DNA of 34,880 bases from positions 1 to 34,880 of IMG/VR virus record IMGVR_UViG_3300029448_000170; one strand, given 5' to 3'. Positions 1 through 10,919 of the stretch are shown in pieces. The translations under genes and the position numbers were made by a program. The notes beneath the pieces are model-generated. The model saw nothing but the letters and a program-made list of their open reading frames with translations. It was not told where the DNA came from and did not search any database. Source of the stretch: a virus (lineage: Duplodnaviria; Caudoviricetes). Every line of letters begins with the position of its first letter. Positions within the stretch are counted from its first letter, which is position 1.

Positions 1-492
1 AGCGTTTACTGTAGTTAAAGCTGTTTTGTTGGCAGTAGTTAGCCATGTGTTTTCTAAATAAGTTTTGTTTACTGCATCATTATTATTAACTGGGTTAGCT
101 ACGTTAGTAATTCTTTTTGAGTTAGCGTCCCATTGGTCTGTAGTTCCACTTAACCCAATGTTATTACCAGTAATGTCAATAGCTTCTTGTGCCATGAAGA
201 AAGTTTGGTTCCCATCTTGGTCAAGAGTAGCTTCTGTTAAAGTAGAACCATCTTGGTAATCAGTTAGTCTTGCTGTTCTATTAGATGATCTAGTAATTTT
301 AATTATTGCCGAACTAGCGGGTGCAGAGTTAAAAGCTATAGTAGATGAATTAGAAAAAGTGTAATCTGTTGTAAGACTTTTTGTAACACCATCTACTGTT
401 ACAACTACATGAGCTTGTTCAATGTATGGGAACGTAATACTATAATTAGTTGTACTTCCATTTCCTGTGTATGTATCTATTGCAAACGCCAT
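1..492 (-). CDS. Tail fibre protein, N-terminal part (T7 gp17-like), runs off the window start
   Basis: Not in the ORF track. My translation from ATG at 492: MAFAIDTYTGNGSTTNYSITFPYIEQAHVVVTVDG...RLTDYQDGSTLTEATLDQDGNQTFFMAQEAID...WDANSKRITNVANPVNNNDAVNKTY, typical of the gp17 N-terminal attachment domain. Directly follows the gp16-like gene. Confidence 0.92.
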   Translation of the reverse strand, partial: MAFAIDTYTGNGSTTNYSITFPYIEQAHVVVTVDGVTKSLTTDYTFSNSSTIAFNSAPASSAIIKITRSSNRTARLTDYQDGSTLTEATLDQDGNQTFFMAQEAIDITGNNIGLSGTTDQWDANSKRITNVANPVNNNDAVNKTYLENTWLTTANKTALTTVNA

Positions 493-495
493 ATT

Positions 496-3400
496 TTAAT
501 ATAATCCTATTTTCCCCTTATCTGGTAAACCAGAGTGATCTCTAGCAAAGTTAATTAATTGATTTACTCCATATAAGTTTTGATATGGTAGTATTCTCAT
601 TATTCTATTTAAGTCCTGCTTACTAAAATTGTAATCAGAATTAAATAAAGATTTCATAACAGACCCACCAATACCCATTACTTTTTCTCCTAAATCGTAT
701 GTTGGGTTTCCTGTTATTAAATTCATTTCTTGACCTGATGATCTTGTATTAAATCTATATTCAGGTGCTACTTGTCCTAAGACTAAATCCATAAATGGAG
801 GCATAACTGAAGACCAACCTGCTCTTTGGAAAGAAGCCATAGCAAGTTTAGTTACATCTCCTTTATCTCCTAATTTCTTTTTAAGGTATGCTTTCTTTTC
901 ACTTGCATTCATTCCAATAGTATTGAAATGTGCTTGTGCAACATAACCTGTACCACCAATTAAAGTAGTATACATAAACATAGAGAAAGTTTGGAAATCT
1001 CCCATAGCTACATTATGTAAAAATTGTTTACTCCAAGCAGTCATTATAAACTGTCTAAATTGAGACATAGTTTTTCCAAGAGCTTTGTCAGAGAAAAATC
1101 TACTTGTGTCTCCAATCATATTGTATTGGACTGCTCTTTTAGTATATCTATTAACTGCTATACCAAATTTCTTAACTAAGTTTTGATCCGCAAAATTAAC
1201 AAAATCAAATTGTAATACTCTACGACCTAATGCTGTTTTTTGTGTTACAACTTTAGGACTATTAAATTCTTTTGCTAAAGCTAATAAGTCATCATCGCTT
1301 AAACCTAAAACTCTATATCTATTTAATCTTCCTTTAGATATTTCTTTAAGAACTGTTCCCTTTTTAGAAACATCAATTAAATCTTCTGCTAGTCTATGGA
1401 CAAATAATCTCATAGCTATTCGTCTTTGATTTCTGTCTATATGTATAAGACCAGATGCGTGTCCTGTACCTTTCTCAAAAGCATTTTGAGCAGGTTTAGA
1501 TATTAAACTTTTTTTAGTTGTATCTAATTGTGAAACACCTCTGTCTAAGACATCATACGCTTGAAACTGTCTGTAAATATAATCATCTCCATTAGAAGAA
1601 CCTATTACTGCTAAATCTTTATAGAAAGTATCTTGTACTTTTCCATCTTGAGCATCACTTAATAATCTTCTAAATATTGGAATTTCATTTAATAAAGTTC
1701 TTAATCCTTGTTGAGATACCGCAACTCCATATTCAGGAAGCTGTGCTATGCCAACTTGGTTTAGAACCCTAACAAAATTAAATCTTCTTAAATCTCTTAA
1801 CCATTTATTTAAACCAATAGTAGGATCGCCTGTTTCAGTTGATCTTCCCATTAAGTTATTAAAGAAACTATCTATCGTATCTTTTTCTTCTTTAGCTATA
1901 AACTGTCCACCTGCTTTTCTTTGTGTTAAGTTTTTTAACTTTTTAAATTCACCTTTAGCTTCTGGGTCTCTATAAACAGCATCAATATCTCTTTTAATAT
2001 CATTACTGTATTTATTCCAAGCAGTTCTACTTTTAATTCCTAATCTATCTGCAAGTGAATACCAACCCGCCATTTCATTTGTGTATGAATGCCAAAGTAA
2101 GTCTACATCATTTTCAAATATTTCATCTAGTCTAACTCTCTGTCCCTTAATGACTTCTTCAAAGTTTTCATCTAATCTTATTCTTTGTTTAAATCTTCCT
2201 GATGTTAAAAGTGTAAGTTGATTTCTTAAACCATCAAATAAATCATCTCTTTGTGATTGAGATAAATCTACAAATACATCATCAATATATTCTCTTAATA
2301 ATGCAGGGTCTTTAATTCTTAATAATTGTTCTATGTCAAAACCACCTTGTCTATTATTATACTTAGCGGCTTTCACTATCACTTTTGCTAACGCTCTAGC
2401 TTTTGAAACAGATATTTTAGTTGTTTTAGGTTTATCTAAACCAGTTTTAACTGTAACTGTTTCAGCTTTAGCAACAGGATTATCTAGTCTGTTTAATGCA
2501 GGTTGTTGTTTAGCTATTGCATTAGTTAATAAATCTTCAATACCATCTTCGCCTATTCTTCTTTCTAAAGCGGCAAAACTTTCAAAACTAATTTTTCTGG
2601 GTACATAAAATTTACCTGTGTTAGCGGCTAAATCTTCAGCACCCTCAACACCCGCTTCTTTTAAAAGTTTAGCCCAAAGTTGAAAACCTTGTGAGTACGC
2701 ATTAGCGGCTCTTAATAAATTCTTATCTTTTAATAATACTTCTTCTCCTGCACTTAATTTTAATCCTTTTTCTTTTTTACTAAGAGCAATAATTAATCTC
2801 TTAGTGTCGTGCATAAATCTTGTTTTGTGTCCAAACTGAAAGAAACCTCTAACAGCACCAAAACCTTTTTCTTTAAGATAACCTTTCATAGCTTCGCCTA
2901 CTTCTCCGTAGACTGCATGATGAGCTCTCATTACAGTTTGATCTCTAGTCATTTCAACTGTACTTTCTTGAACAGCGGCTTTTCCTGTTTTAGTATCTTT
3001 ATAACCAACAGGTTCTTCCATTGATCTAAAACCAAATGCTTTAGCTTTTTTAGAAAGACTTGTACCTAAAGTACCTGATCTAGTCATACTAAAACCAAAG
3101 AAAGGAACATTTCTTAATTTAGGAAAGAATACTTCTACATTATCTATTAACGCAGTATCGTTTAAATCTTTTTCTAATTTCTTATTGTTTTTAGAATGCT
3201 TAACATTCTTAAATACTGTTTGGTCTGCTTCTTTACTTACTTCCAAACCGTTCTCTACTAAATTCTGTCTTGTCTCTGCATTAGCTATATTCCTTAGATT
3301 TTTAGCTGTTAATGCAGATATTCCCCCTCCAAGAGTACCACCTAAAGCTGATGCAATAAGTACATCACTAAGTCCCATTGTTGGGTTATTAGCGGCTATA

Positions 3401-4707
3401 GGAGAATATAAAGAGCCCTCCATAGCACCGTAAGCTAAACCTTTTCTAACAAAGTTTTGTCTTCTAGTTAATCCCGTAAAGAATTTTGTACCACTCATTA
3501 CTTTACTTAAAGCTCCGTACCCTGTTAAGTTTACAGGGTCTAAAATAAAAGTACCAAATTGTAGAGCTATACCTTTCCAACCATAAGAAGCTAACAACTC
3601 TGCGTTTGCTTGATGTCTTGCCGCTTTTTCAGCAAGATATTTTAAATGTTCTCCATTAAGAGCTCCAATTAAACTATCTGCAAATTCTGAATTTAAATTA
3701 TATTCTTTAATTGCCGCTTGAAATTCCTCTTGATTATTTTCCCAACTAAAACCCTCCTCTTGAACAAATGTAGGATTAGCAAATAAATCATAAGCATTAC
3801 TAAAAATAGTATTATCTCTAAGTGATGCTTTTAAAGCATTAGATATAGTCCTGCCCTCAGCTATATGTTCTTGAAGTTCACTATAATTGTAAGCTGAATC
3901 TAAAAATAAACCTCTACTTACATCTGGGTCTTCTGACCATAAATACTTTTGTTTAGTTATATCTACAGGTTTAAATTCATCTTTTTTAACAGCTTCTTTT
4001 TCTGTAAATATTTCTGGTTGTTTAACGTCCTTTAATACTTCTGGTTGTTTACCATCTTTTATTTGTTTTAATTTTTTCTTGTCCATATCAACTTCAGGAT
4101 ATGGGTAAATATCTTTTATTGTAGTTGGACTTTTTACATCTTTGTCTCTAAGAGGAGTTTTTTTTTCGCTTTCTAATAAATCAGCTTCTTTGTTTCTTCT
4201 AGTTGAAAATTGATCTCCGAAATTTCTTAAATTAGCTAATACAGCGTTCCAATCTCCACTAGCCGCTTGTTTAATAAAATTCATATCAGAACCATCTTTT
4301 CTAGTAAATGATGTTCCATGTTGAAAACCTACAGATGCTAAAATTGTTTGCTGTGCTTGAGATAATTCTTCAAAAGGTTTTACTGGATTATGCTTATTGT
4401 AAGTTGCTATAACTTGTTTAGTGTACCAATTATGTGATGCTTTATCTATCTCCGTAACTTGTTCATCATTTAAAGAAAAACCTTTTGATGCTTCTGTTGC
4501 TTGTGCACCAGACATACCAAAGAATTTAGATAACAAACTTGTTGTTTCTTCTGATATTCCCATTTCTGCTAAGAGTTCAGCGTTCTTTTCTTTAAGATCA
4601 AATCCTGTAGCTATTGTAACACCAGAGTTTTCACTTGGTACATACGCTTGCTTTACACCTTTACCCTCTAATGATGAAATAAATTCCCAATTAATGTTTG
4701 TAGTCAT
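496..4707 (-). CDS. Internal virion (ejection) protein D, gp16-like, with N-terminal pesticin-C/lysozyme-like muramidase domain
   Basis: 1403 aa, positioned before the tail fibre. The N-terminus INWEFISSLEG..AYVP..NSGVTIATGFDL...TRRNKEADLL resembles the pesticin C-terminal muramidase domain. Confidence 0.85.
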   Translation of the reverse strand: MTTNINWEFISSLEGKGVKQAYVPSENSGVTIATGFDLKEKNAELLAEMGISEETTSLLSKFFGMSGAQATEASKGFSLNDEQVTEIDKASHNWYTKQVIATYNKHNPVKPFEELSQAQQTILASVGFQHGTSFTRKDGSDMNFIKQAASGDWNAVLANLRNFGDQFSTRRNKEADLLESEKKTPLRDKDVKSPTTIKDIYPYPEVDMDKKKLKQIKDGKQPEVLKDVKQPEIFTEKEAVKKDEFKPVDITKQKYLWSEDPDVSRGLFLDSAYNYSELQEHIAEGRTISNALKASLRDNTIFSNAYDLFANPTFVQEEGFSWENNQEEFQAAIKEYNLNSEFADSLIGALNGEHLKYLAEKAARHQANAELLASYGWKGIALQFGTFILDPVNLTGYGALSKVMSGTKFFTGLTRRQNFVRKGLAYGAMEGSLYSPIAANNPTMGLSDVLIASALGGTLGGGISALTAKNLRNIANAETRQNLVENGLEVSKEADQTVFKNVKHSKNNKKLEKDLNDTALIDNVEVFFPKLRNVPFFGFSMTRSGTLGTSLSKKAKAFGFRSMEEPVGYKDTKTGKAAVQESTVEMTRDQTVMRAHHAVYGEVGEAMKGYLKEKGFGAVRGFFQFGHKTRFMHDTKRLIIALSKKEKGLKLSAGEEVLLKDKNLLRAANAYSQGFQLWAKLLKEAGVEGAEDLAANTGKFYVPRKISFESFAALERRIGEDGIEDLLTNAIAKQQPALNRLDNPVAKAETVTVKTGLDKPKTTKISVSKARALAKVIVKAAKYNNRQGGFDIEQLLRIKDPALLREYIDDVFVDLSQSQRDDLFDGLRNQLTLLTSGRFKQRIRLDENFEEVIKGQRVRLDEIFENDVDLLWHSYTNEMAGWYSLADRLGIKSRTAWNKYSNDIKRDIDAVYRDPEAKGEFKKLKNLTQRKAGGQFIAKEEKDTIDSFFNNLMGRSTETGDPTIGLNKWLRDLRRFNFVRVLNQVGIAQLPEYGVAVSQQGLRTLLNEIPIFRRLLSDAQDGKVQDTFYKDLAVIGSSNGDDYIYRQFQAYDVLDRGVSQLDTTKKSLISKPAQNAFEKGTGHASGLIHIDRNQRRIAMRLFVHRLAEDLIDVSKKGTVLKEISKGRLNRYRVLGLSDDDLLALAKEFNSPKVVTQKTALGRRVLQFDFVNFADQNLVKKFGIAVNRYTKRAVQYNMIGDTSRFFSDKALGKTMSQFRQFIMTAWSKQFLHNVAMGDFQTFSMFMYTTLIGGTGYVAQAHFNTIGMNASEKKAYLKKKLGDKGDVTKLAMASFQRAGWSSVMPPFMDLVLGQVAPEYRFNTRSSGQEMNLITGNPTYDLGEKVMGIGGSVMKSLFNSDYNFSKQDLNRIMRILPYQNLYGVNQLINFARDHSGLPDKGKIGLY
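4012..4051. repeat. Imperfect 27-nt tandem duplication in the gp16 linker (KDGKQPEV / KDVKQPEI)
   Basis: TTCTGGTTGTTTA occurs at 4012 and 4039. Confidence 0.7.
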
Positions 4708-4712
4708 AATAT

Positions 4713-6797
4713 TTAAAATTTATATATTTCTCCTTGTCCAAAAGTTTCCATTTGTGTTTCATTTAGTTTCTTCCAAAACTTCTTACTCTTTCTTACTTTG
4801 TCGTCTTTTTTAAGTTTAAGTTTTAAATCTTTAGCGTCTTGAATTTCTTTCTTTTCTGCTAATTTATCTTTAACTAATTCTATTGGTAATTCTAACCAAA
4901 CCATACGACCATCTTTGTATTCAACTGTTTCGGGTACATCAGTCATAAAACCGTCTTGGCTTTTAAAATAAAGGGTATCGTTTTGTGAATTAACAATTAA
5001 CTCGTAGTCGTTTAAATCTATACCCTCATTAATATTTGGAGATTTCCCTGCTACATCAATATTAGTTTCATCAAAGAAAAAACCAACCATACTTGTTTCT
5101 TGTATTATTGATTTTTCAGTATTTAGTTTATCTTGTAAAACTTCTATAGCTGAAACTTTAAAGGCATCATAGTTATCTTTAGTAACACCAAATTGATTTA
5201 ATTTGTATTTACTAACGTAACGACCACCAACATTTTCATAATACTTTTCAACAAATTGTTTAGTTTGATTAATGTAATTATCATTAACATCTGAATTTAT
5301 ATTTTTAAAATATTCAGCTATTGTATAGACAAGTTCTTTGTTAGGAGCGTAAGCCATATTAGCTGAAAAACCACCCTCTAATTCAATTTTGTTAGCTGAT
5401 GTTAATTGAGTAAATGTTTTAGTCATATTATCCATTGTTCCTAATTGTCGAATAATATCTTGAGGAGGTGTTCCTGCTTTACTTAAAACATCTCCAATAA
5501 AGAATTTATATTTATTCTTATCGTTTTCATTAAAGTACATACCGACTAAACCTCTTTGGTCTAATGCCGCATAAACTTCAAAAGCAAGTTTAGCATCTTC
5601 CGTATATGAACTACTTAAAGGTTTATCAAATAAATCTACTATTTGTGTTATAGGTTCATTCTTACCCATAGCAGGTATTAAAGTCATTGTAGCTTTTAAG
5701 AAAGCGTCCGCAGACGTATCTCCTGCTGCTATATTTTTATTTTGTTCTTTTTCAAATGCACTAGCACCAATACTAACTCTCTCTGATTTTTTCATACCAG
5801 ATGAAGCAAGTTCTCCGTTCCACCATTTAACAGTATTTTGTTGAAGTTGAATACTTTCTCTTAACTTATCTACAAGAGCAACTACTCTATCTTGGTGTTT
5901 AGGATTGTTAATTATTGCAGGTGTACCGTCTGGTCTACCTTGCGTAAGTATTTCAATAAATTCAGTTGAAAATCTACCGTCTAAACTAGCATGAAGTTCA
6001 GCTTCGCCAATAATTATGTCATCAAATTCTGCTAAAGATAAAGCAGGATTTTTATTTTCTTTAATACTATTAAACATTTCTAAATATGTTTTAGACATAT
6101 TATCTCTAAAGAATTGTGATTTTCTTTCTTGGTAGTTTTTTCCTAAAGTCATAGGAGGGTTAGCGTCATAAAAAGCTATTTCTAATGCTTGTTCTACTTG
6201 TTCTGGTAAAGATTGTATTTGCTTAGAAGCATTTGCAATTACAGTATATTTTAATTTATCTTCTTGCTTTTCAAACTCTTTAACATTTAACCATTTTCTT
6301 ATTCCTGTGGTTGCTTCATTAAAAGCTGATGCAAAAAGTTCATCTCCCTCTTTTGAAGCCATGAATTGAGAACTGTATTCATCATAATGACTTCTCCAAT
6401 CATAATTAGGTTCGTGTCTTCGTTTTAAATAATCGTCTTTAAAACTAGAAATCATTCCATCAACAGAATTTACTGCATACTGTTTATGAGCTCCATACTT
6501 AGCCCAACCGTTCATTATACTTGGAAAACCTTGTTTGTGTGCTGTTTCTGCTTCAGCTAAAGTCATTCCATTAATTCTAGCTTTACCTAATTCAAAATCT
6601 TTTTCTGCTTTTTCTTCAATATTCTTTTGAGTTAAATCTCTTATTGCAGGATTTATAGTTGCAAAAATATCAGCTAATTCTTGAAATGAGTTTTTACCAA
6701 CTATTTGTGATGTAGCTGTAGTAATGTTTCCATCTTGAGGAGTAGGAGCATTGTCTATGCCGACATTAATACCAATATCAGTTTCAATTTTAGCCAT
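4713..6797 (-). CDS. Internal virion protein C (gp15-like)
   Basis: 694 aa, syntenic between the gp14-like and gp16-like genes. Assigned by position. Confidence 0.7.
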   Translation of the reverse strand: MAKIETDIGINVGIDNAPTPQDGNITTATSQIVGKNSFQELADIFATINPAIRDLTQKNIEEKAEKDFELGKARINGMTLAEAETAHKQGFPSIMNGWAKYGAHKQYAVNSVDGMISSFKDDYLKRRHEPNYDWRSHYDEYSSQFMASKEGDELFASAFNEATTGIRKWLNVKEFEKQEDKLKYTVIANASKQIQSLPEQVEQALEIAFYDANPPMTLGKNYQERKSQFFRDNMSKTYLEMFNSIKENKNPALSLAEFDDIIIGEAELHASLDGRFSTEFIEILTQGRPDGTPAIINNPKHQDRVVALVDKLRESIQLQQNTVKWWNGELASSGMKKSERVSIGASAFEKEQNKNIAAGDTSADAFLKATMTLIPAMGKNEPITQIVDLFDKPLSSSYTEDAKLAFEVYAALDQRGLVGMYFNENDKNKYKFFIGDVLSKAGTPPQDIIRQLGTMDNMTKTFTQLTSANKIELEGGFSANMAYAPNKELVYTIAEYFKNINSDVNDNYINQTKQFVEKYYENVGGRYVSKYKLNQFGVTKDNYDAFKVSAIEVLQDKLNTEKSIIQETSMVGFFFDETNIDVAGKSPNINEGIDLNDYELIVNSQNDTLYFKSQDGFMTDVPETVEYKDGRMVWLELPIELVKDKLAEKKEIQDAKDLKLKLKKDDKVRKSKKFWKKLNETQMETFGQGEIYKF

Positions 6798-7363
6798 TAA
6801 TAATGCTCTCCTGTTTCATAATAATCATAATCAATTCCATCTAATCCAGTATCAGGTGGTTGATTACTCATGTTCATAGCCATAATATCAGTAGACGCAC
6901 CGATAGCGTATGTCATAAAAGACGGTTTGAATGCTCTAGGTAAAGCAAATATTTGATTAGTGAATTTTCTATTCCAAGCTAATCTATTGTTAGCGTTAGC
7001 TAAAATATAATTTTCATAGTTTTGATCTATTCTATTAAGTTGCTTACCTGCACTTCTTTCTATATCTCCTATAAGAGTATTATAAATATTTCCACCAATA
7101 CCTTTTTCAAAGAATCTAACATTAGCACTACCTAAAACTTTTAGTTTTTGTTCTTCAACATCTTCTTTTTTTGCTATTGACTGATCTTCTTTAACTTCTT
7201 TTTCTCTTATAAAAGCATTGTCTTTATAAATTGCTTCGTTAGCTAAATTCTTTTGTTTAGTTTTTGAAGTGCTATTAATATAATTTGCTTGTGCTTTATC
7301 CCCTTGATACTGCGTATAAGCTCCTAAAACTTTACTTGCGATATACGCTTCCATAGTACACAT
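6797..7363 (-). CDS. Internal virion protein B (gp14-like)
   Basis: 188 aa, MC start, helical Ala/Gln/Lys-rich sequence, syntenic position. Confidence 0.7.
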   Translation of the reverse strand: MCTMEAYIASKVLGAYTQYQGDKAQANYINSTSKTKQKNLANEAIYKDNAFIREKEVKEDQSIAKKEDVEEQKLKVLGSANVRFFEKGIGGNIYNTLIGDIERSAGKQLNRIDQNYENYILANANNRLAWNRKFTNQIFALPRAFKPSFMTYAIGASTDIMAMNMSNQPPDTGLDGIDYDYYETGEHY

Positions 7364-7364
7364 A

Positions 7365-7826
7365 TTATTTTTTCTTCTCCTTTAAAAATCCATAAAATAA
7401 AACATCATTAAATGTTTTTTCGTTAATAATTTTAAACCCACACCATTTAAGCCAAGTTAAATGAAGTTTGTTTCTACTGTCTATATAATTAAAAAGTACA
7501 GGAAATTTATCAGACATTTCCTCTACTCTGTTTTTACATTCTCTTAAAAATTTAATTTTAATCTTTTTAATTTTTGGCGTGCAAAGTAAAAATGGCGAAC
7601 CAATATTTTTATCATCAAGTGATGAAACTACTCCATACACACCTGCAATTTTACCATCTACAAAAAACGACCGACAATAATTAGTCATTGCAAAACCAGT
7701 AAGTAAAGTTTTTTGAATATCAGTTGTGCCTGTTTTAGCTACAATCTCGTTTTCATCTGCTTTTCTTAAATCTTTTGATAATAATTTTATGTGTTTACTT
7801 GTAGTTTCTATTTCATCTATTTTCAT
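7365..7826 (-). CDS. gp13-like internal virion protein A / GNAT-fold protein
   Basis: LRKADENEI...LFNYIDSRNKLHLTWLKWCGF pattern typical of T7 gp13 homologues. The probable start is ATG at 7826, overlapping the gp12 stop (TAATG), rather than 7871. Confidence 0.78.
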   Translation of the reverse strand: MKIDEIETTSKHIKLLSKDLRKADENEIVAKTGTTDIQKTLLTGFAMTNYCRSFFVDGKIAGVYGVVSSLDDKNIGSPFLLCTPKIKKIKIKFLRECKNRVEEMSDKFPVLFNYIDSRNKLHLTWLKWCGFKIINEKTFNDVLFYGFLKEKKK

Positions 7827-10234
7827 TAAGTTATAACTCGTTGAGCAAGAACAGAAAATACACCCTCCCACTCAGCAGATAGAAAGTTACAAGGAACATA
7901 ACTATCCGAACTGATAAATATTACTGCGTCTTCGTTTTTACATTGAACTGGTATTTTAAATGTACCACTTTCTAAATTAGGTACTCCAAGAGAAAATGTA
8001 CTTGAACCTAAAACATTACCTGTAAATTTATAAACAGATGTATTTCTTGCTAAAGGAGTAACACTAACTTCAAAGAAACCTGTATCGCCAAATACAAGTG
8101 CCATTTTTTTAATTTGTAATCTACCTGCATTTATAGTTGTTGCACTACCAGAAGCTTTTTGCTCTCTTACATAGAAAGTAGGAAAAGTATATTTAAAAGT
8201 ATATTTTCTTCCAACTATAGCAGGATTAGCTGAATAATCTCCGTCAGCAACTACTGTTGTATTTGTTGTACTAGATAAAATTAAATTTCTTCCCTTTTGT
8301 GAAGAAGACCAAGAACCACCTAAAACAACTTCCATATCATTTGTTTCTTGATACGGTAATGTCCAAGTTGTTTTTTTAGTTGTGCTGTTGTACGATCCTG
8401 TCAATGAAGTTTTTCTATCTACTAATACAGGAAAATCTAAACCAGTATCTTCTTCATTAGTTTTTAAATTCATTTTTTCTAAGTAAGTACCGTCAGCTCT
8501 TTTAACTATTAAATACAAATAATTTTGAATACACTCTCCATCTAATAAAACGTCTGAACTAGCAAATGTATATTTAGACCATGATCTTTGTAGAGCTTTT
8601 AAATTAGTATCAAAATAATATTTATAAACAAATAAGTGATTTCTATTTCCTGATGCTATGCCAAATAATGTATTTTCAGCAGAAGAACCTTTTAACGATA
8701 ATAACCCACCAGTAATATATCTAGGTAAATTAACTGTAGTGTCTAACGCATCTTTAATTTCTGTATCTGTTGTAACGTAGTATTCTCTTACACCTGCAAA
8801 GCTACCTCTTAAAATACTAAAATAAATGTTTTGTCCAAGACCAATAGGTCTACAACTATCATCAATTTCGTATTCTGTTGTTTGGTTTACTGAAACAGTT
8901 TTAGCAGATAATACTTCTTCTGTATCAAGAGTAAATTGAGTTTGATCTGAAAATAAAACTAACTGTTCATTAAACGGCACAGCGTATTTTAAAATAGATA
9001 CTTTGTTATGACTAACTGCTAAGTCAATCATGTCATCATCAATTAATGTAGTAACTGTTGTAGCCCAAAAAGTAAAATAATTTCCTGCTTTAGAAAATAT
9101 AATATTTTCATCAGATAAAAATCCTAGTCTATTTCTATAAAAGAATATGTCATTAATTGTTCTACCTACAAATGTAGGGTCAGGACTTGTAGTTGCGTCT
9201 CCAACTGTTCTTCCTGTAAAGTTAGGTTCAGTAAAAGATACTAACTGTCCACCACCAATATTAATGGCGTAATTTCCTCCATCTGCTTTACAAAATCTAA
9301 AATTACCATCTACTGTTCTAATTAATACATGAGGTAAAGTGCTTGTATCAAAATTATTATCTAAAGTGTCTCTAACAGTTTCAACCCAAGCAGTTCCGTC
9401 CCATTTTGCATAATAATTGTCGTACTCAGTCCCACCCTCACCGACTACTTCAACCATAAAACCTGTGTAACCTTTGTAAGGTAAATCAGCAAAAGAATTA
9501 GTTTTATCTTTAACTAATATTAATCCATCTCCACCTAAACCGTCAGATACATCAGCAGTAAATGTTCCTGAATTTTTTGAAACATAAATTAAAGAGCCGT
9601 CTCTGACAACTGAATAACCACTTAAATTAGAGTTTAAATCATTATATAATTCTGTTGCAATATTAGATGTAGTAATTGAACTTGCATTTGCAGAACTAGA
9701 ATTATCTAAAGTTGTAAAACTTGCTTTAACAACTCCATCAATTTTAATTTCATAAGTAGCTTTGTATTGTCCATTTTTTACAAAAAATAAAGCTTCATCT
9801 GGTCGTGATGCTGATAGACTTCCTGATTTAGCTACAATCTTTGTTTTATTAACTATAAAAGTAAAATCAGCAACAGTTACTAAATTAAAATCATTTTGAG
9901 GATCACTAGAACTTAAATAACTAAGTCCATCAGGAGAAACTATTGTTTTTTGATTACCTGCTAAATCATAAACTTTAATACTATTGTTATTTAAAAGACA
10001 AACGTATTGTTCGGAAGTATCTCTATTAATAATATGAACTTTACTATTAATTAAAGTATCGTTATTTAATTTTGCTATGTGTTCAGTAGGCGGTCTTTTA
10101 CCTAAACCGCTAATAATATCAGAAAGACCATTTTCTTGAACAACCGCTTGATTAGGTAGTTTTACCGTATCTGGTTGTTGTGAAACTCCATTTAAAAGAT
10201 TTGGAATTGAATTTGAAATTAATCTTGCACTCAT
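7826..10234 (-). CDS. Tail tubular protein B (gp12)
   Basis: 802 aa, ISNSIPNLLNGVSQQPD start, FFYRNRLGFLSDENIIFS motif. Confidence 0.95.
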   Translation of the reverse strand: MSARLISNSIPNLLNGVSQQPDTVKLPNQAVVQENGLSDIISGLGKRPPTEHIAKLNNDTLINSKVHIINRDTSEQYVCLLNNNSIKVYDLAGNQKTIVSPDGLSYLSSSDPQNDFNLVTVADFTFIVNKTKIVAKSGSLSASRPDEALFFVKNGQYKATYEIKIDGVVKASFTTLDNSSSANASSITTSNIATELYNDLNSNLSGYSVVRDGSLIYVSKNSGTFTADVSDGLGGDGLILVKDKTNSFADLPYKGYTGFMVEVVGEGGTEYDNYYAKWDGTAWVETVRDTLDNNFDTSTLPHVLIRTVDGNFRFCKADGGNYAINIGGGQLVSFTEPNFTGRTVGDATTSPDPTFVGRTINDIFFYRNRLGFLSDENIIFSKAGNYFTFWATTVTTLIDDDMIDLAVSHNKVSILKYAVPFNEQLVLFSDQTQFTLDTEEVLSAKTVSVNQTTEYEIDDSCRPIGLGQNIYFSILRGSFAGVREYYVTTDTEIKDALDTTVNLPRYITGGLLSLKGSSAENTLFGIASGNRNHLFVYKYYFDTNLKALQRSWSKYTFASSDVLLDGECIQNYLYLIVKRADGTYLEKMNLKTNEEDTGLDFPVLVDRKTSLTGSYNSTTKKTTWTLPYQETNDMEVVLGGSWSSSQKGRNLILSSTTNTTVVADGDYSANPAIVGRKYTFKYTFPTFYVREQKASGSATTINAGRLQIKKMALVFGDTGFFEVSVTPLARNTSVYKFTGNVLGSSTFSLGVPNLESGTFKIPVQCKNEDAVIFISSDSYVPCNFLSAEWEGVFSVLAQRVIT

Positions 10235-10845
10235 TATTCATTGTTAATTGTAGTTTTATTTGGTTGATAATTACCTCTATCTATAACTCTGTAAGTAGAA
10301 TAATTATCAAAAATACTATGATCTCTAGTATCGCCCTCGTGTTCTTTTAATGCCGATAATGCTTGTATTTCATCAACCTGATGAAATCTATGTAAAGTTT
10401 CAGAAGCCAACATTCTATCTTGAAATATTCTAGCCGCTCTAATTGTAATATATCTTCTAGCTGTTTCTGGTATTTCTGTAAATTCTAATAACCAAGTTAT
10501 ATTAACTTTTATATCTTTAGTAATAGTATAAGTATGATTTTTTCTATCCCAAAGTTTTCTATTTCTTTCAACTAAATCTAAATCTGCGTCTTCGTGTGTG
10601 TTGTCTACTCTTAAACAATTAGATGGTAAAACAATTTGATTAGAAGTATTTTTAGCAAGTTTATAATTTACGTCTGTATTAAAATGCCAACCAACACTTT
10701 GTATTTCTCTAGATACATTATCTAAAATTTGAACAGCAATAGAAACATCAGTAGTAGTTGAAGATGTAATGGTGTTAACTGGACTTTCTCCAATCGCTGT
10801 AAGCATTACATTTATTGCTTCAAGTTTTGATGTTACTGTTGCCAT
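10234..10845 (-). CDS. Tail tubular protein A (gp11)
   Basis: KLEAINVMLTAIGESPV, GWHFN and PETARRYITIRAAR motifs. Confidence 0.95.
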   Translation of the reverse strand: MATVTSKLEAINVMLTAIGESPVNTITSSTTTDVSIAVQILDNVSREIQSVGWHFNTDVNYKLAKNTSNQIVLPSNCLRVDNTHEDADLDLVERNRKLWDRKNHTYTITKDIKVNITWLLEFTEIPETARRYITIRAARIFQDRMLASETLHRFHQVDEIQALSALKEHEGDTRDHSIFDNYSTYRVIDRGNYQPNKTTINNE

Positions 10846-10865
10846 AATTTAAAATTCCTATTAGT

Positions 10866-10893
10866 TAAAGAGAGGCGACCGAAGCCGCCTCCC
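10866..10893 (-). terminator. Post-capsid terminator (T-phi-like position)
   Basis: Minus strand GGGAGGCGGC-TTCG-GTCGCCTCTC-TTTA: GC-rich stem, UUCG tetraloop and short U-tract immediately after the capsid gene. Confidence 0.85.
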
Positions 10894-10919
10894 AAAGATA
10901 AAACAATGTAATATAAATA

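Noticed and set aside
65-4813. Plus-strand ORFs 65-259, 1748-1975, 2333-2608, 2809-3024, 3185-3433 and 4421-4813
   Set aside because: Antisense shadows of the tail fibre, gp16 and gp15 genes, with no motifs.
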